Source of the DNA: an uncultured Prevotella sp.
GTDB lineage: Bacteria > Bacteroidota > Bacteroidia > Bacteroidales > Bacteroidaceae
Direction: 5' to 3'
Length of the DNA stretch: 64,000 bases
Assembly: GCA_900548745.1 (NCBI GenBank)
Contig: URLQ01000001.1
Location: 4,842 to 68,841 of the forward strand
In this document: positions 31,134 through 39,550 of the stretch, piece after piece
How the letters are laid out: each line of letters begins with the position of its first letter
How positions within the stretch are numbered: the first letter of the stretch is position 1
Notes under the pieces: model-generated
Told to the model about the DNA's origin: nothing
The model's input: the letters and a program-made list of their open reading frames with translations, nothing else
Databases searched by the model: none
Made by a program: the position numbers and the translations under genes

Positions 31134-33242
31134 ATGGAAATTAAGAATTTCACCATTACGAAGCGGGATGGCTCAAAAGACTGCTTCAGTTTGGATAAGA
31201 TAATGAATGCCATAATAAAGGCTTTCAACTCGGTAGACGAACCTGCTGACCTGGGTTGCATATCCAAAATAATTGCACACCTTGATATACATGAGAACAT
31301 CACGGTGGAGGATATTCAGAACCAGGTGGAGGAAGCCCTGATGAGAGAGGGACACTACAAGGTGTCCAAGAGCTTCATGCTATATCGCCAGCGCCATACG
31401 GAAGACCGCGAGACGATGGAAAAGCTGAAGTTTCTGTCTGAATACTGCCAGGCATCGAATGCAGCAACGGGTTCGAAATACGACGCCAACGCCAACGTGG
31501 AGCACAAGAACATTGCCACGCTCATCGGCGAACTGCCTAAGTCGGGCTTCATACGACTGAACAGAAGACTTCTCACAGACCGCATAAAGAAGATGTACGG
31601 CAAGGAGCTGTCTGACAAATACATCGACCTGCTGACACACCACTTTATATATAAGAACGACGAAACAAGCCTCGCCAACTACTGCGCATCCATCACGATG
31701 TATCCCTGGCTTATCGGAGGCACTACGTCAATCGGAGGAAACTCTACTGCTCCGACCAACCTGAAGTCGTTCTGCGGAGGATTCGTCAACATGGTATTCA
31801 TGGTGTCAAGCATGCTCAGCGGTGCGTGTGCCACTCCGGAGTTCCTGATGTATCTGAACTATTTCGTGGGACTTGAATACGGCAAGGACTATTGGAAGCA
31901 TTCTGACAAGGTGGTTGACCTGTCGGTAAAACAGCGTACTATTGACAAGATTATCACCGACTGCTTCGAGCAGATAGTATATTCCATCAACCAGCCTACG
32001 GGAGCAAGAAACTACCAGGCTGTGTTCTGGAACATAGCATACTATGACAAACCATACTTCGAAAGCCTGTTCGGAGAGTTCTACTTCCCCGACGGAAGCA
32101 AACCGGACTGGGACGGACTGAGCTGGCTGCAGAAGAGATTCATGAAATGGTTCAATAAGGAAAGGACCAAGACGGTGCTTACCTTCCCAGTAGAGACCAT
32201 GGCTCTGCTATCAGACGGCAAGGATGTTATCGACGAGGAATGGGGAGACTTCACGGCGGAGATGTATTCCGAAGGACACTCCTTCTTTACTTACATGAGC
32301 GACAACGCTGACTCGCTGAGCTCTTGCTGCCGACTGAGAAACGAGATACAGGACAACGGCTTCAGCTATACACTGGGAGCAGGAGGCGTGTCTACAGGTT
32401 CCAAGAGCGTGCTGACCATCAATCTGAACAGATGTATACAGTATGCCGTTAACAATAAGCTGGACTACAAGGAGTATCTGGCAAAGATCGTGGACCTCGT
32501 ACACAAGGTGCAGATGGCATACAACGAGAACCTGAAGGAATTCCAGAAGCACGGCATGCTGCCTCTCTTTGACGCTGGATACATCAACATGGGAAGACAG
32601 TATCTTACAATAGGCGTGAACGGACTGGTTGAGGCTGCGGAGTTCCTCGGACTGAAGATTACTGACAACCCAGAATATCTCAAGTTCGTACAGGGCGTGC
32701 TCGGTATCGTGGAGGAATACAACAAGAAGTACAGAACAAAGGACGTGATGTTCAACTGCGAAATGATTCCGGCAGAGAACGTAGGTGTGAAACATGCAAA
32801 GTGGGACAGAGAGGACGGATACTTCGTGCCAAGAGACTGCTACAACAGCTACTTCTATGTGGTGGAGGACGACTCGCTGAATATCATCGACAAGTTCAAG
32901 ATGCATGGCGCGCCATATATCGAACATCTGACCGGCGGTTCTGCTCTGCACATGAACCTCGACGAGCACTTGTCGAAGGCACAGTACAGACAGCTGCTGA
33001 GAGTGGCTGCAAAAGAGGGATGCAACTACTTTACATTCAACATTCCAAACACTATCTGTAACGACTGCGGACATATCGACAAGAGATTCCTCAAGGAATG
33101 TCCACACTGCCACAGCAAGAACGTTGACTATATGACCCGTATCATCGGATACCTGAAGAGGGTCAGCAACTTCTCTGCTCCACGACAGGCAGAGGCTCAG
33201 CGCCGCTATTATGCCGGTAAAGAGAAACTCGCAGAGGCTTAA
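31134..33242 (+). CDS. nrdD: Anaerobic (class III) ribonucleoside-triphosphate reductase
   Basis: N-terminal ATP cone (ITKRDG), CCRL, Zn motif CxxC...CxxC, glycyl radical loop TRIIGYL. Confidence 0.95.
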   Translation: MEIKNFTITKRDGSKDCFSLDKIMNAIIKAFNSVDEPADLGCISKIIAHLDIHENITVEDIQNQVEEALMREGHYKVSKSFMLYRQRHTEDRETMEKLKFLSEYCQASNAATGSKYDANANVEHKNIATLIGELPKSGFIRLNRRLLTDRIKKMYGKELSDKYIDLLTHHFIYKNDETSLANYCASITMYPWLIGGTTSIGGNSTAPTNLKSFCGGFVNMVFMVSSMLSGACATPEFLMYLNYFVGLEYGKDYWKHSDKVVDLSVKQRTIDKIITDCFEQIVYSINQPTGARNYQAVFWNIAYYDKPYFESLFGEFYFPDGSKPDWDGLSWLQKRFMKWFNKERTKTVLTFPVETMALLSDGKDVIDEEWGDFTAEMYSEGHSFFTYMSDNADSLSSCCRLRNEIQDNGFSYTLGAGGVSTGSKSVLTINLNRCIQYAVNNKLDYKEYLAKIVDLVHKVQMAYNENLKEFQKHGMLPLFDAGYINMGRQYLTIGVNGLVEAAEFLGLKITDNPEYLKFVQGVLGIVEEYNKKYRTKDVMFNCEMIPAENVGVKHAKWDREDGYFVPRDCYNSYFYVVEDDSLNIIDKFKMHGAPYIEHLTGGSALHMNLDEHLSKAQYRQLLRVAAKEGCNYFTFNIPNTICNDCGHIDKRFLKECPHCHSKNVDYMTRIIGYLKRVSNFSAPRQAEAQRRYYAGKEKLAEA

Positions 33243-33529
33243 AGCCATGCGATAAAGAATGAAATTCAATTCAATCTAACTTCAATAGAGTGGCCAGCCC
33301 TACCCTATCTGCTGATTGCCGGAGAATGAATCTACTTCTCTGAATATCTAAACGGATTCTGACAATCAGCAAAAAGGAAGGACTGGTCTGCTTTTTACTC
33401 TCTGACTATCCGTAGCCTTAACTTTCCAAGCCTTGTAGCTACAAGCGAAGGAATTGAGGAAAAGGCGAATGGAACAACCGACCGGCTGCTTCGCAAATGA
33501 TGCTGCCGGACATTCAATGTAAGAAGAAT

Positions 33530-33997
33530 ATGCTTAAATACGTAAACTGCGGCATCGTCTTTCAGGAGATTCCTGATGAGGTTACTTTGTCTATAAACAT
33601 ATCAAACTGTCCGTGTCATTGTCCCGGATGTCATAGCAGCTATCTGTGGGAAGATACGGGCGAGGTTCTTGACGAAAAGGAGATTTCGCGATTTGTCGGC
33701 GAATATGGTTCAAGCATCTCATGCATCTGCCTCATGGGAGGCGACGCCGCACCACAGGAAGTAAACGGTCTTGCCGCCTTTATACGCAAAGCTTATCCCG
33801 CAATGAAAGTAGGATGGTATAGCGGAAGGACTATACTTTCATCACAGATAGGCCTTGAAAACTTCAACTATGTAAAGGTGGGACCATATATCAAGCATCT
33901 TGGTTCGCTGAAGGAAAAGACAACAAACCAAAGGCTCTACAAGGTGTTGGATGACAAATCTCTTGAAGACATCACTTCAAGATTCTGGAAGAAATAG
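33530..33997 (+). CDS. nrdG: Anaerobic RNR activating radical SAM protein
   Basis: CPCHCPGC (CxxxCxxC), MGGD and TTNQR; follows nrdD. ATG 33530 preferred. Confidence 0.92.
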   Translation: MLKYVNCGIVFQEIPDEVTLSINISNCPCHCPGCHSSYLWEDTGEVLDEKEISRFVGEYGSSISCICLMGGDAAPQEVNGLAAFIRKAYPAMKVGWYSGRTILSSQIGLENFNYVKVGPYIKHLGSLKEKTTNQRLYKVLDDKSLEDITSRFWKK

Positions 33998-34005
33998 AAA
34001 TCAGA

Positions 34006-34623
34006 CTATATCTCGTCAATAGACACATAGCCATGCATGACGGCATAGATAGTAAGGGAAGCTACGCTTTTACGGTTCAGCTTGTCTGTTATATTACGGC
34101 GATGCGTCACTATCGTCGGCAGACTGACATTCAGCATCTCTGCTATCTGCTTGTTGATGTATCCTTTTACAATCAGCGTAAGCACTTCTATCTCGCGGTC
34201 TGACAATATCTTACGAACATTCTTGTCTACCGGTGGAAGTGGCATTCTCTTGCCTCCCGGATGGGCACCTTGCTCAAGGGAGAGCAACGACTTTACAAGT
34301 TCCTTCTCCGATGCTGACACACAGAAGCTATGGAACTTATCGAGATGTTTCTCAGGTTCCGGCGACGTGGTCATCACAATCGTCTTCCGTCTGTTCTCAA
34401 CAAAGAAGTCATAATGCTCCAGAAGGATATTTATAGCAACGAAATAATGAAAGAACTGTTCGGGATGATTGGCCTGCAACTCACTGAAACTGTTATATGC
34501 CTCAACGGTAACACTGGGCATTATACTGTTTATCAGACTTTGCATGCCCATAGCGGCAAGAGTGTTTGAGTCTATAATGGCAATCTTGGGGACAGACATT
34601 CCACCGTGAAACTTTGGTTTCAT
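34006..34623 (-). CDS. LuxR-family HTH regulator (start ATG 34623 or 34599)
   Basis: LSDREIEVL...GYINKQIA...TIVTHRRNI..KL. Confidence 0.9.
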   Translation of the reverse strand: MKPKFHGGMSVPKIAIIDSNTLAAMGMQSLINSIMPSVTVEAYNSFSELQANHPEQFFHYFVAINILLEHYDFFVENRRKTIVMTTSPEPEKHLDKFHSFCVSASEKELVKSLLSLEQGAHPGGKRMPLPPVDKNVRKILSDREIEVLTLIVKGYINKQIAEMLNVSLPTIVTHRRNITDKLNRKSVASLTIYAVMHGYVSIDEI

Positions 34624-34683
34624 AATTCTCTCATCATTAATCATAATTCTCTCACTATCAATAATAATTCTTTCACTATCAAA
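34621..34683. repeat. Three tandem 21-bp repeats
   Basis: CATAATTCTCTCATCATTAAT / CATAATTCTCTCACTATCAAT / AATAATTCTTTCACTATCAAA. Confidence 0.85.
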
Positions 34684-34691
34684 TAATAAAG

Positions 34692-34760
34692 AAAACACGG
34701 AAAAACACTTTCGTTTTCTATCCGCAGCAAACGGACTTGACCAGTGTTTTTCCGTGTTTT
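34692..34760 (-). terminator. Perfect 18-bp inverted repeat, probable terminator of the decarboxylase operon
   Basis: AAAACACGGAAAAACACT / AGTGTTTTTCCGTGTTTT with a 33-bp spacer. Confidence 0.6.
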
Positions 34761-34796
34761 ACTATTCTATACAATATGTTTCCTTAAACATCCTGC

Positions 34797-35954
34797 TTAT
34801 GACAGGAAGCCGAGCAATGCACCTGCTGCTACGGCAGAACCAATCACACCGGCAACATTCGGACCCATGGCATGCATGAGAAGGAAGTTGTGGCGGTCGT
34901 ATTCCAGACCGAGATTGTTTGAAATTCTCGCACTCATTGGCACGGCGCTTACTCCGGCATTACCAATCAGCGGATTTATCTTCTTGTTCTTCGGCAAGAA
35001 CAGGTTCATGAACTTGACGAACAGGATACCTGTTGAGGAAGCGATGATGAACGCAAACGCACCAAGCATGAAAATAAATACGGTGTTGAGTGTAAGGAAC
35101 TCGCTTGCCTGGGTTGAGCAACCAACGGTAAGACCGAGCAACACAACGACTACGTCGTTAAGCGCATTGCCTGCTGTCTTAGCCAAACGCGTTGTCTTGC
35201 CGGATTCCTTCAGAAGGTTTCCGAAGAACAACATACCGAGGAGAGGCAGACCGGAAGGCACGATGAATGTAGTGAGCAACAGACCGATGATAGGGAATAT
35301 GATTCTCTCTGTCTGACTTACACGGCGTGCAGGCTGCATGTGGATGAGACGCTCCTTCTTTGTAGTGAGCAGACGCATCAAAGGTGGCTGTATCACCGGT
35401 ACCAATGCCATATATGAATAAGCACACACAGCGATGGCACCCATAAGGTTAGGACTCAGCTTTGACGAAAGGAAGATTGCCGTAGGACCGTCTGCACCAC
35501 CGATGATAGCGATACCTGCTGCCTGATTCGGCTCAAAGCCAAGGGCAAGGGCAATCATGTAGGCTCCGAAGATACCGAACTGAGCTGCCGCACCGATAAG
35601 GATAAGCTTCGGATTACTGATAAGAGCAGAGAAGTCCGTCATGGCTCCGATTCCAAGGAACACCAATGGTGGATACCAACCCTGGCGCACACCCTGATAG
35701 AAGATGTTCAATACGGAATTGTCTTCATAAAGACCTATCTCCAGTCCGGCATCAGCACGGAACGGGATATTACCAAGTACGATTCCCAAGCCTATAGGTA
35801 CAAGCAACAGAGGCTCGAAATCCTTTTTAATTGCCAACCATATAAAGAATATGCCGACAACAATCATTATGAGGTTTCCTACTGTGGCATTTACGAAGCC
35901 TGTGTATGTAAGAAACTCACGAAAGTTGCTTATGATGAAATCTAAAATATCCAT
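34797..35954 (-). CDS. Na+-translocating decarboxylase beta subunit (OadB/MmdB family)
   Basis: FEPLLLVPIG, GIGAMTDF, IIGGADGPT, AGVSAVPM and MGPNVAG. Confidence 0.95.
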   Translation of the reverse strand: MDILDFIISNFREFLTYTGFVNATVGNLIMIVVGIFFIWLAIKKDFEPLLLVPIGLGIVLGNIPFRADAGLEIGLYEDNSVLNIFYQGVRQGWYPPLVFLGIGAMTDFSALISNPKLILIGAAAQFGIFGAYMIALALGFEPNQAAGIAIIGGADGPTAIFLSSKLSPNLMGAIAVCAYSYMALVPVIQPPLMRLLTTKKERLIHMQPARRVSQTERIIFPIIGLLLTTFIVPSGLPLLGMLFFGNLLKESGKTTRLAKTAGNALNDVVVVLLGLTVGCSTQASEFLTLNTVFIFMLGAFAFIIASSTGILFVKFMNLFLPKNKKINPLIGNAGVSAVPMSARISNNLGLEYDRHNFLLMHAMGPNVAGVIGSAVAAGALLGFLS

Positions 35955-35970
35955 AGTATGAGTATGTTTT

Positions 35971-36423
35971 TTATCCGATTGTTATTAAGGTGTCACCTTC
36001 CATTACGGTATCACCAGGGTTTACAAGAACAGATGTAACAGTACCGTTGCACTCTGCTTCGATATTGTTCTGCATCTTCATTGCCTCAAGCACAACAACG
36101 GTATCGCCGTTCTTTACGGTGTCTCCGACCTTGACTTTCATTTCTGTAATAGTACCTGGAAGCGGTGCCTTGATCTTTGTTCCTGCTCCTGCAGCTGCAG
36201 CTGGCCTCTCTGCCTTAGGTGCTGCTGCTACTGGTGCCGCTGCGGCTGCTGGTGCTGCCGGCTTGACAGTTGGACGCTTCGGCATGTGTGAAGCCTTGAT
36301 AGGCTCTTTCAGCTCTACCTCGAATGGAATGCCATTCACACTTACTTTGGCGATATTGCCTTCTACATCGACAATCTCTACGTCGTAGTCTACTCCTTGT
36401 ACTTTATATTGATACTTTTTCAT
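35971..36423 (-). CDS. Biotin carboxyl carrier protein (MmdC-like)
   Basis: EAMKM biotinylation motif and Ala/Pro linker. Confidence 0.95.
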   Translation of the reverse strand: MKKYQYKVQGVDYDVEIVDVEGNIAKVSVNGIPFEVELKEPIKASHMPKRPTVKPAAPAAAAAPVAAAPKAERPAAAAGAGTKIKAPLPGTITEMKVKVGDTVKNGDTVVVLEAMKMQNNIEAECNGTVTSVLVNPGDTVMEGDTLITIG

Positions 36424-36483
36424 TGCTTATTGATTTAATTTGAATGTAATTATATTATTGCTTTCTTATTATCTGCAGAATGC

Positions 36484-37452
36484 CTACACGAGTGTATTTG
36501 TATCTTCGAGATGAACATTCCACATTGTATGATGTGGCTTGATTGTAATGATATTGCTCTCTACATCATGGACATTATCCTGATACTGCATGAGTGCCAT
36601 AGAGATTACCGCAATATACACTTCCTTGTCAACACCTCCGGACTTCATACCATCCTTAAGTATTACCTTTGTCTTATGACCAGTCTCGACAAGTTTCTCT
36701 CCTGCCTTGACGGCAACATTCACCGGTGTGATGTCCTTTGCCTTCTTCAATGCCTGCTTATGCGACATGAAAATTCCAAGCAGTCTGAAGAATACATACA
36801 ACAGAGCAAGACATGAGAACACGATTCCCATTGACAAGATTGCGATACCATAACCATGAGGGTCCTCACGCTTCAGCTTGGCAATCTTAGTCTCGCCAAC
36901 ATGAATATAGTTGTTTGAACCAGGTGTTACCTCATCAGCAGTCTTTACAACCCACTTGTCTGCGCCGTCTTTCACACGGGCATAAGAAAGGTTTGGAGCA
37001 AGAGCAGGAACCGTAACGGAGTCTATAAGATCTACAGCATTTCCGTCATACAGCGCTACCCAAAGTGCTTTCCCCTTTTCAGCCTTTACTGTAAGATGCT
37101 GCATTCCTTCTGCCGGATTGCTGCCAAAGTAAAGGATAAGGTGCTTTCGGGCAGAAAGCAACGTACGTTCGTCTCCATTTGGAATGACGCTCATCATCGC
37201 AATACGCTGAGGAACTGTAAGTTCTTTTTTCAATACATCGCGGTTTGTAGTAATGTACATACCACGGACATTGTAAGACGAGTAAGCGATATTGGACAGT
37301 TCCAACCAACCATTATACCTGCCATACTCGTCAACAATACTTGCTGTATTGTTTGTCATCACTTCATTAATCTTTATGTTTCTGGCGCCCTGACCAAAAA
37401 CAGACAGTGATGACACAAAGACAGCAAATAATGCTAAACTGATCTTTTTCAT
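36484..37452 (-). CDS. OadG/MmdD-family subunit with N-terminal secreted lamin-tail-like domain
   Basis: Signal peptide; INEVM, WLEL.N and TPG..N lamin-tail-like motifs; TM MGIVFSCLALLY; AVISMAL. Confidence 0.8.
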   Translation of the reverse strand: MKKISLALFAVFVSSLSVFGQGARNIKINEVMTNNTASIVDEYGRYNGWLELSNIAYSSYNVRGMYITTNRDVLKKELTVPQRIAMMSVIPNGDERTLLSARKHLILYFGSNPAEGMQHLTVKAEKGKALWVALYDGNAVDLIDSVTVPALAPNLSYARVKDGADKWVVKTADEVTPGSNNYIHVGETKIAKLKREDPHGYGIAILSMGIVFSCLALLYVFFRLLGIFMSHKQALKKAKDITPVNVAVKAGEKLVETGHKTKVILKDGMKSGGVDKEVYIAVISMALMQYQDNVHDVESNIITIKPHHTMWNVHLEDTNTLV

Positions 37453-37599
37453 ACTATTATATATAAGTTATTAATTATTATGCGTGTTATTATAAAGTCC
37501 GTGAATGAGTATATTGCACTTTATCTCAGCAACTCTCTCTGCATCGAGCATGATACGAAAGAGCTTTGATATACAACACACTCACTCACAGAGGTCGTA

Positions 37600-39288
37600 C
37601 TACATTCCACAGAAGAACAGAACGATAATCTGTGCCGTGAATATTCTCAAGAACATGCTCAACGGATAAACCGTAGAATAGCCGATTGCCGGTGCATCCT
37701 TGGAACATACAGAGTTTGCGTAAGCCAACGCTGGTGGGTCGGTGCATGTTCCGGCAAGCATACCCATTATCGTGAAATAATTGAACTTGTACTTAAGACG
37801 AGCTATTGTGCCTATTATAAGAATAGGTATGACCGTTATCAGGAAACCGGTATATACATACTTCAGTCCGTCTCCCTGTACGACAGTATCCCAGAAGCCG
37901 TTTCCCGCCTTCACTCCTACACTCGCAAGGAACAGCACAAGTCCTATTTCCCTCAACATCATATTAGCACTCGAAGTGGTATAAGTGACAAGTCGCATCT
38001 TGTAGCCATATCTTCCGATAAGGATTGCGATGATAAGCGGACCGCCAGCAATACCCAGCTTCAAAGGAACAGGTATTCCATGAATAGCAACAGGAAGGCT
38101 ACCGAATAATATTCCCAACATGATACCGACAAATATCGTGGCAATGTTAGGTGCTTCAAGTCGCTTTATTGAGTTACCCATTACAGAGGCCACACGGTTT
38201 ACAGAGTCTGTCGGACCGACAACCATTATACGGTCGCCGACCTGCAAAGCAAGACTCGGACTTGCAAAGAGTTCCATTCCCTGACGTGTGACACGGGTAA
38301 CATTAACTCCATATACACTTGGGAAGTGCATCTGTCCCAGAGTCTTACCATTTATAGAAGAGCGAGTGACAAGTATTCTCTTGCTTATCATCGGCTCATC
38401 CTGCTTCTTCCAGTCTACTTCAATCTCCGGACCGATGAATGCAATAATCGGTTCCGCATCGTCTTCAGCACACACCACAAAGAGCAAATCGCCTATATGC
38501 AGACGGCTTCCGCCCTTTGGAGTCGAAACATGTCCCTCGTGTAGAATACGTGTGCAAACGAAATCTCTGTTCAGGAACTCATGTACCTGAGCTATTGTAC
38601 GGTCTTCCAGATATGAATTGGTAACCTTGATATGCATGAAATGAGGCTTGACAGCAGTATTCTCCTCCTCTTCGAGGGAAAGCTGATGCTCTTCCTTGTC
38701 AAGCTTTATACGGCAGATATATTTGACTGCTATCGTTGCACCAATGATTCCGAGCACGCCCAACGGATAAGCACAAGCATAACCACTGGCTATCTGCGGA
38801 ACGTTACCATTGGAAAAGACTGTTGTGAGGGCTTCATTTGCAGCACCCAGTCCCGGAGTATTCGTAACGGCACCGTAAAGCGTACCTACCATCATCGGCA
38901 GGTTTTCAGGATTACTTGTATCAAAGAATACATAATAGCAGATGAACATAACAATGATATTAAGCAATATCATTGCTGCCGACAAGACGTTTAGAGTGAC
39001 TCCTCCCTTACGGAAACTTTCAAAGAAACCCGGTCCGACCTGCAGTCCGATCATAAATACAAAGAGAATCAATCCGAAATCCTGTATGAAAGACAGGATA
39101 TTTGTCGGTGCAGTAAAGCCAATGTGTCCTGCGGCAATACCTGCAAACAGCACAAAAGTCACTCCCAAAGATATTCCTCCGATCTTGATCTTACCCAGAA
39201 AGACACCTACTGCTATGACAATAGCATACAACAGCGTAATGTGGGCAACAGAGTCAGTCGTCGTAAAAAGATTAATTAGCCATTCCAT
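37600..39288 (-). CDS. AspT/YidE/YbjL family transporter with two TrkA-C domains
   Basis: [25 protein letters not shown] and TDPPAL. Confidence 0.92.
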   Translation of the reverse strand: MEWLINLFTTTDSVAHITLLYAIVIAVGVFLGKIKIGGISLGVTFVLFAGIAAGHIGFTAPTNILSFIQDFGLILFVFMIGLQVGPGFFESFRKGGVTLNVLSAAMILLNIIVMFICYYVFFDTSNPENLPMMVGTLYGAVTNTPGLGAANEALTTVFSNGNVPQIASGYACAYPLGVLGIIGATIAVKYICRIKLDKEEHQLSLEEEENTAVKPHFMHIKVTNSYLEDRTIAQVHEFLNRDFVCTRILHEGHVSTPKGGSRLHIGDLLFVVCAEDDAEPIIAFIGPEIEVDWKKQDEPMISKRILVTRSSINGKTLGQMHFPSVYGVNVTRVTRQGMELFASPSLALQVGDRIMVVGPTDSVNRVASVMGNSIKRLEAPNIATIFVGIMLGILFGSLPVAIHGIPVPLKLGIAGGPLIIAILIGRYGYKMRLVTYTTSSANMMLREIGLVLFLASVGVKAGNGFWDTVVQGDGLKYVYTGFLITVIPILIIGTIARLKYKFNYFTIMGMLAGTCTDPPALAYANSVCSKDAPAIGYSTVYPLSMFLRIFTAQIIVLFFCGM

Positions 39289-39353
39289 GGTTTTAATTTT
39301 GTATTATATTCTTATGTATCTAAAAGATGTGTGATAGATTTTTATAACCCGTG

Positions 39354-39361
39354 CAAAGGTA
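39354..39361 (-). promoter_or_regulatory. -7 promoter element of the transporter/decarboxylase operon
   Basis: Reverse complement TACCTTTG followed by CA. Confidence 0.65.
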
Positions 39362-39458
39362 AGCAAAAAAAAGAGCAACGACGAATTTTTACTTATTGTT
39401 TTATTGCTAATATATAGTTTTATTGTGTTTTTCAATTAATAATTCATATTCACGCCAT

Positions 39459-39496
39459 AAAAAAGGCGCGGAGAAGTGACAATTCTTCTCCACGCC
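39459..39496 (-). terminator. Intrinsic terminator of nifJ
   Basis: On minus: stem GGCGTGGAGAAG/CTTCTCCGCGCC followed by T6. Confidence 0.75.
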
Positions 39497-39550
39497 AATC
39501 ATTTATTTATCGAAAGAATGATTCTTTACATTCTTCAACCAATCATCAGA

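Noticed and set aside
31134..33242. Intein or intron in nrdD
   Set aside because: The ORF is continuous, of ordinary length, and shows no splicing or homing-endonuclease motifs.
34624..34698. N-terminal extension of the luxR ORF as given in the ORF track
   Set aside because: It is the translation of the 21-bp repeat and begins inside the inverted repeat. A downstream ATG is more plausible.
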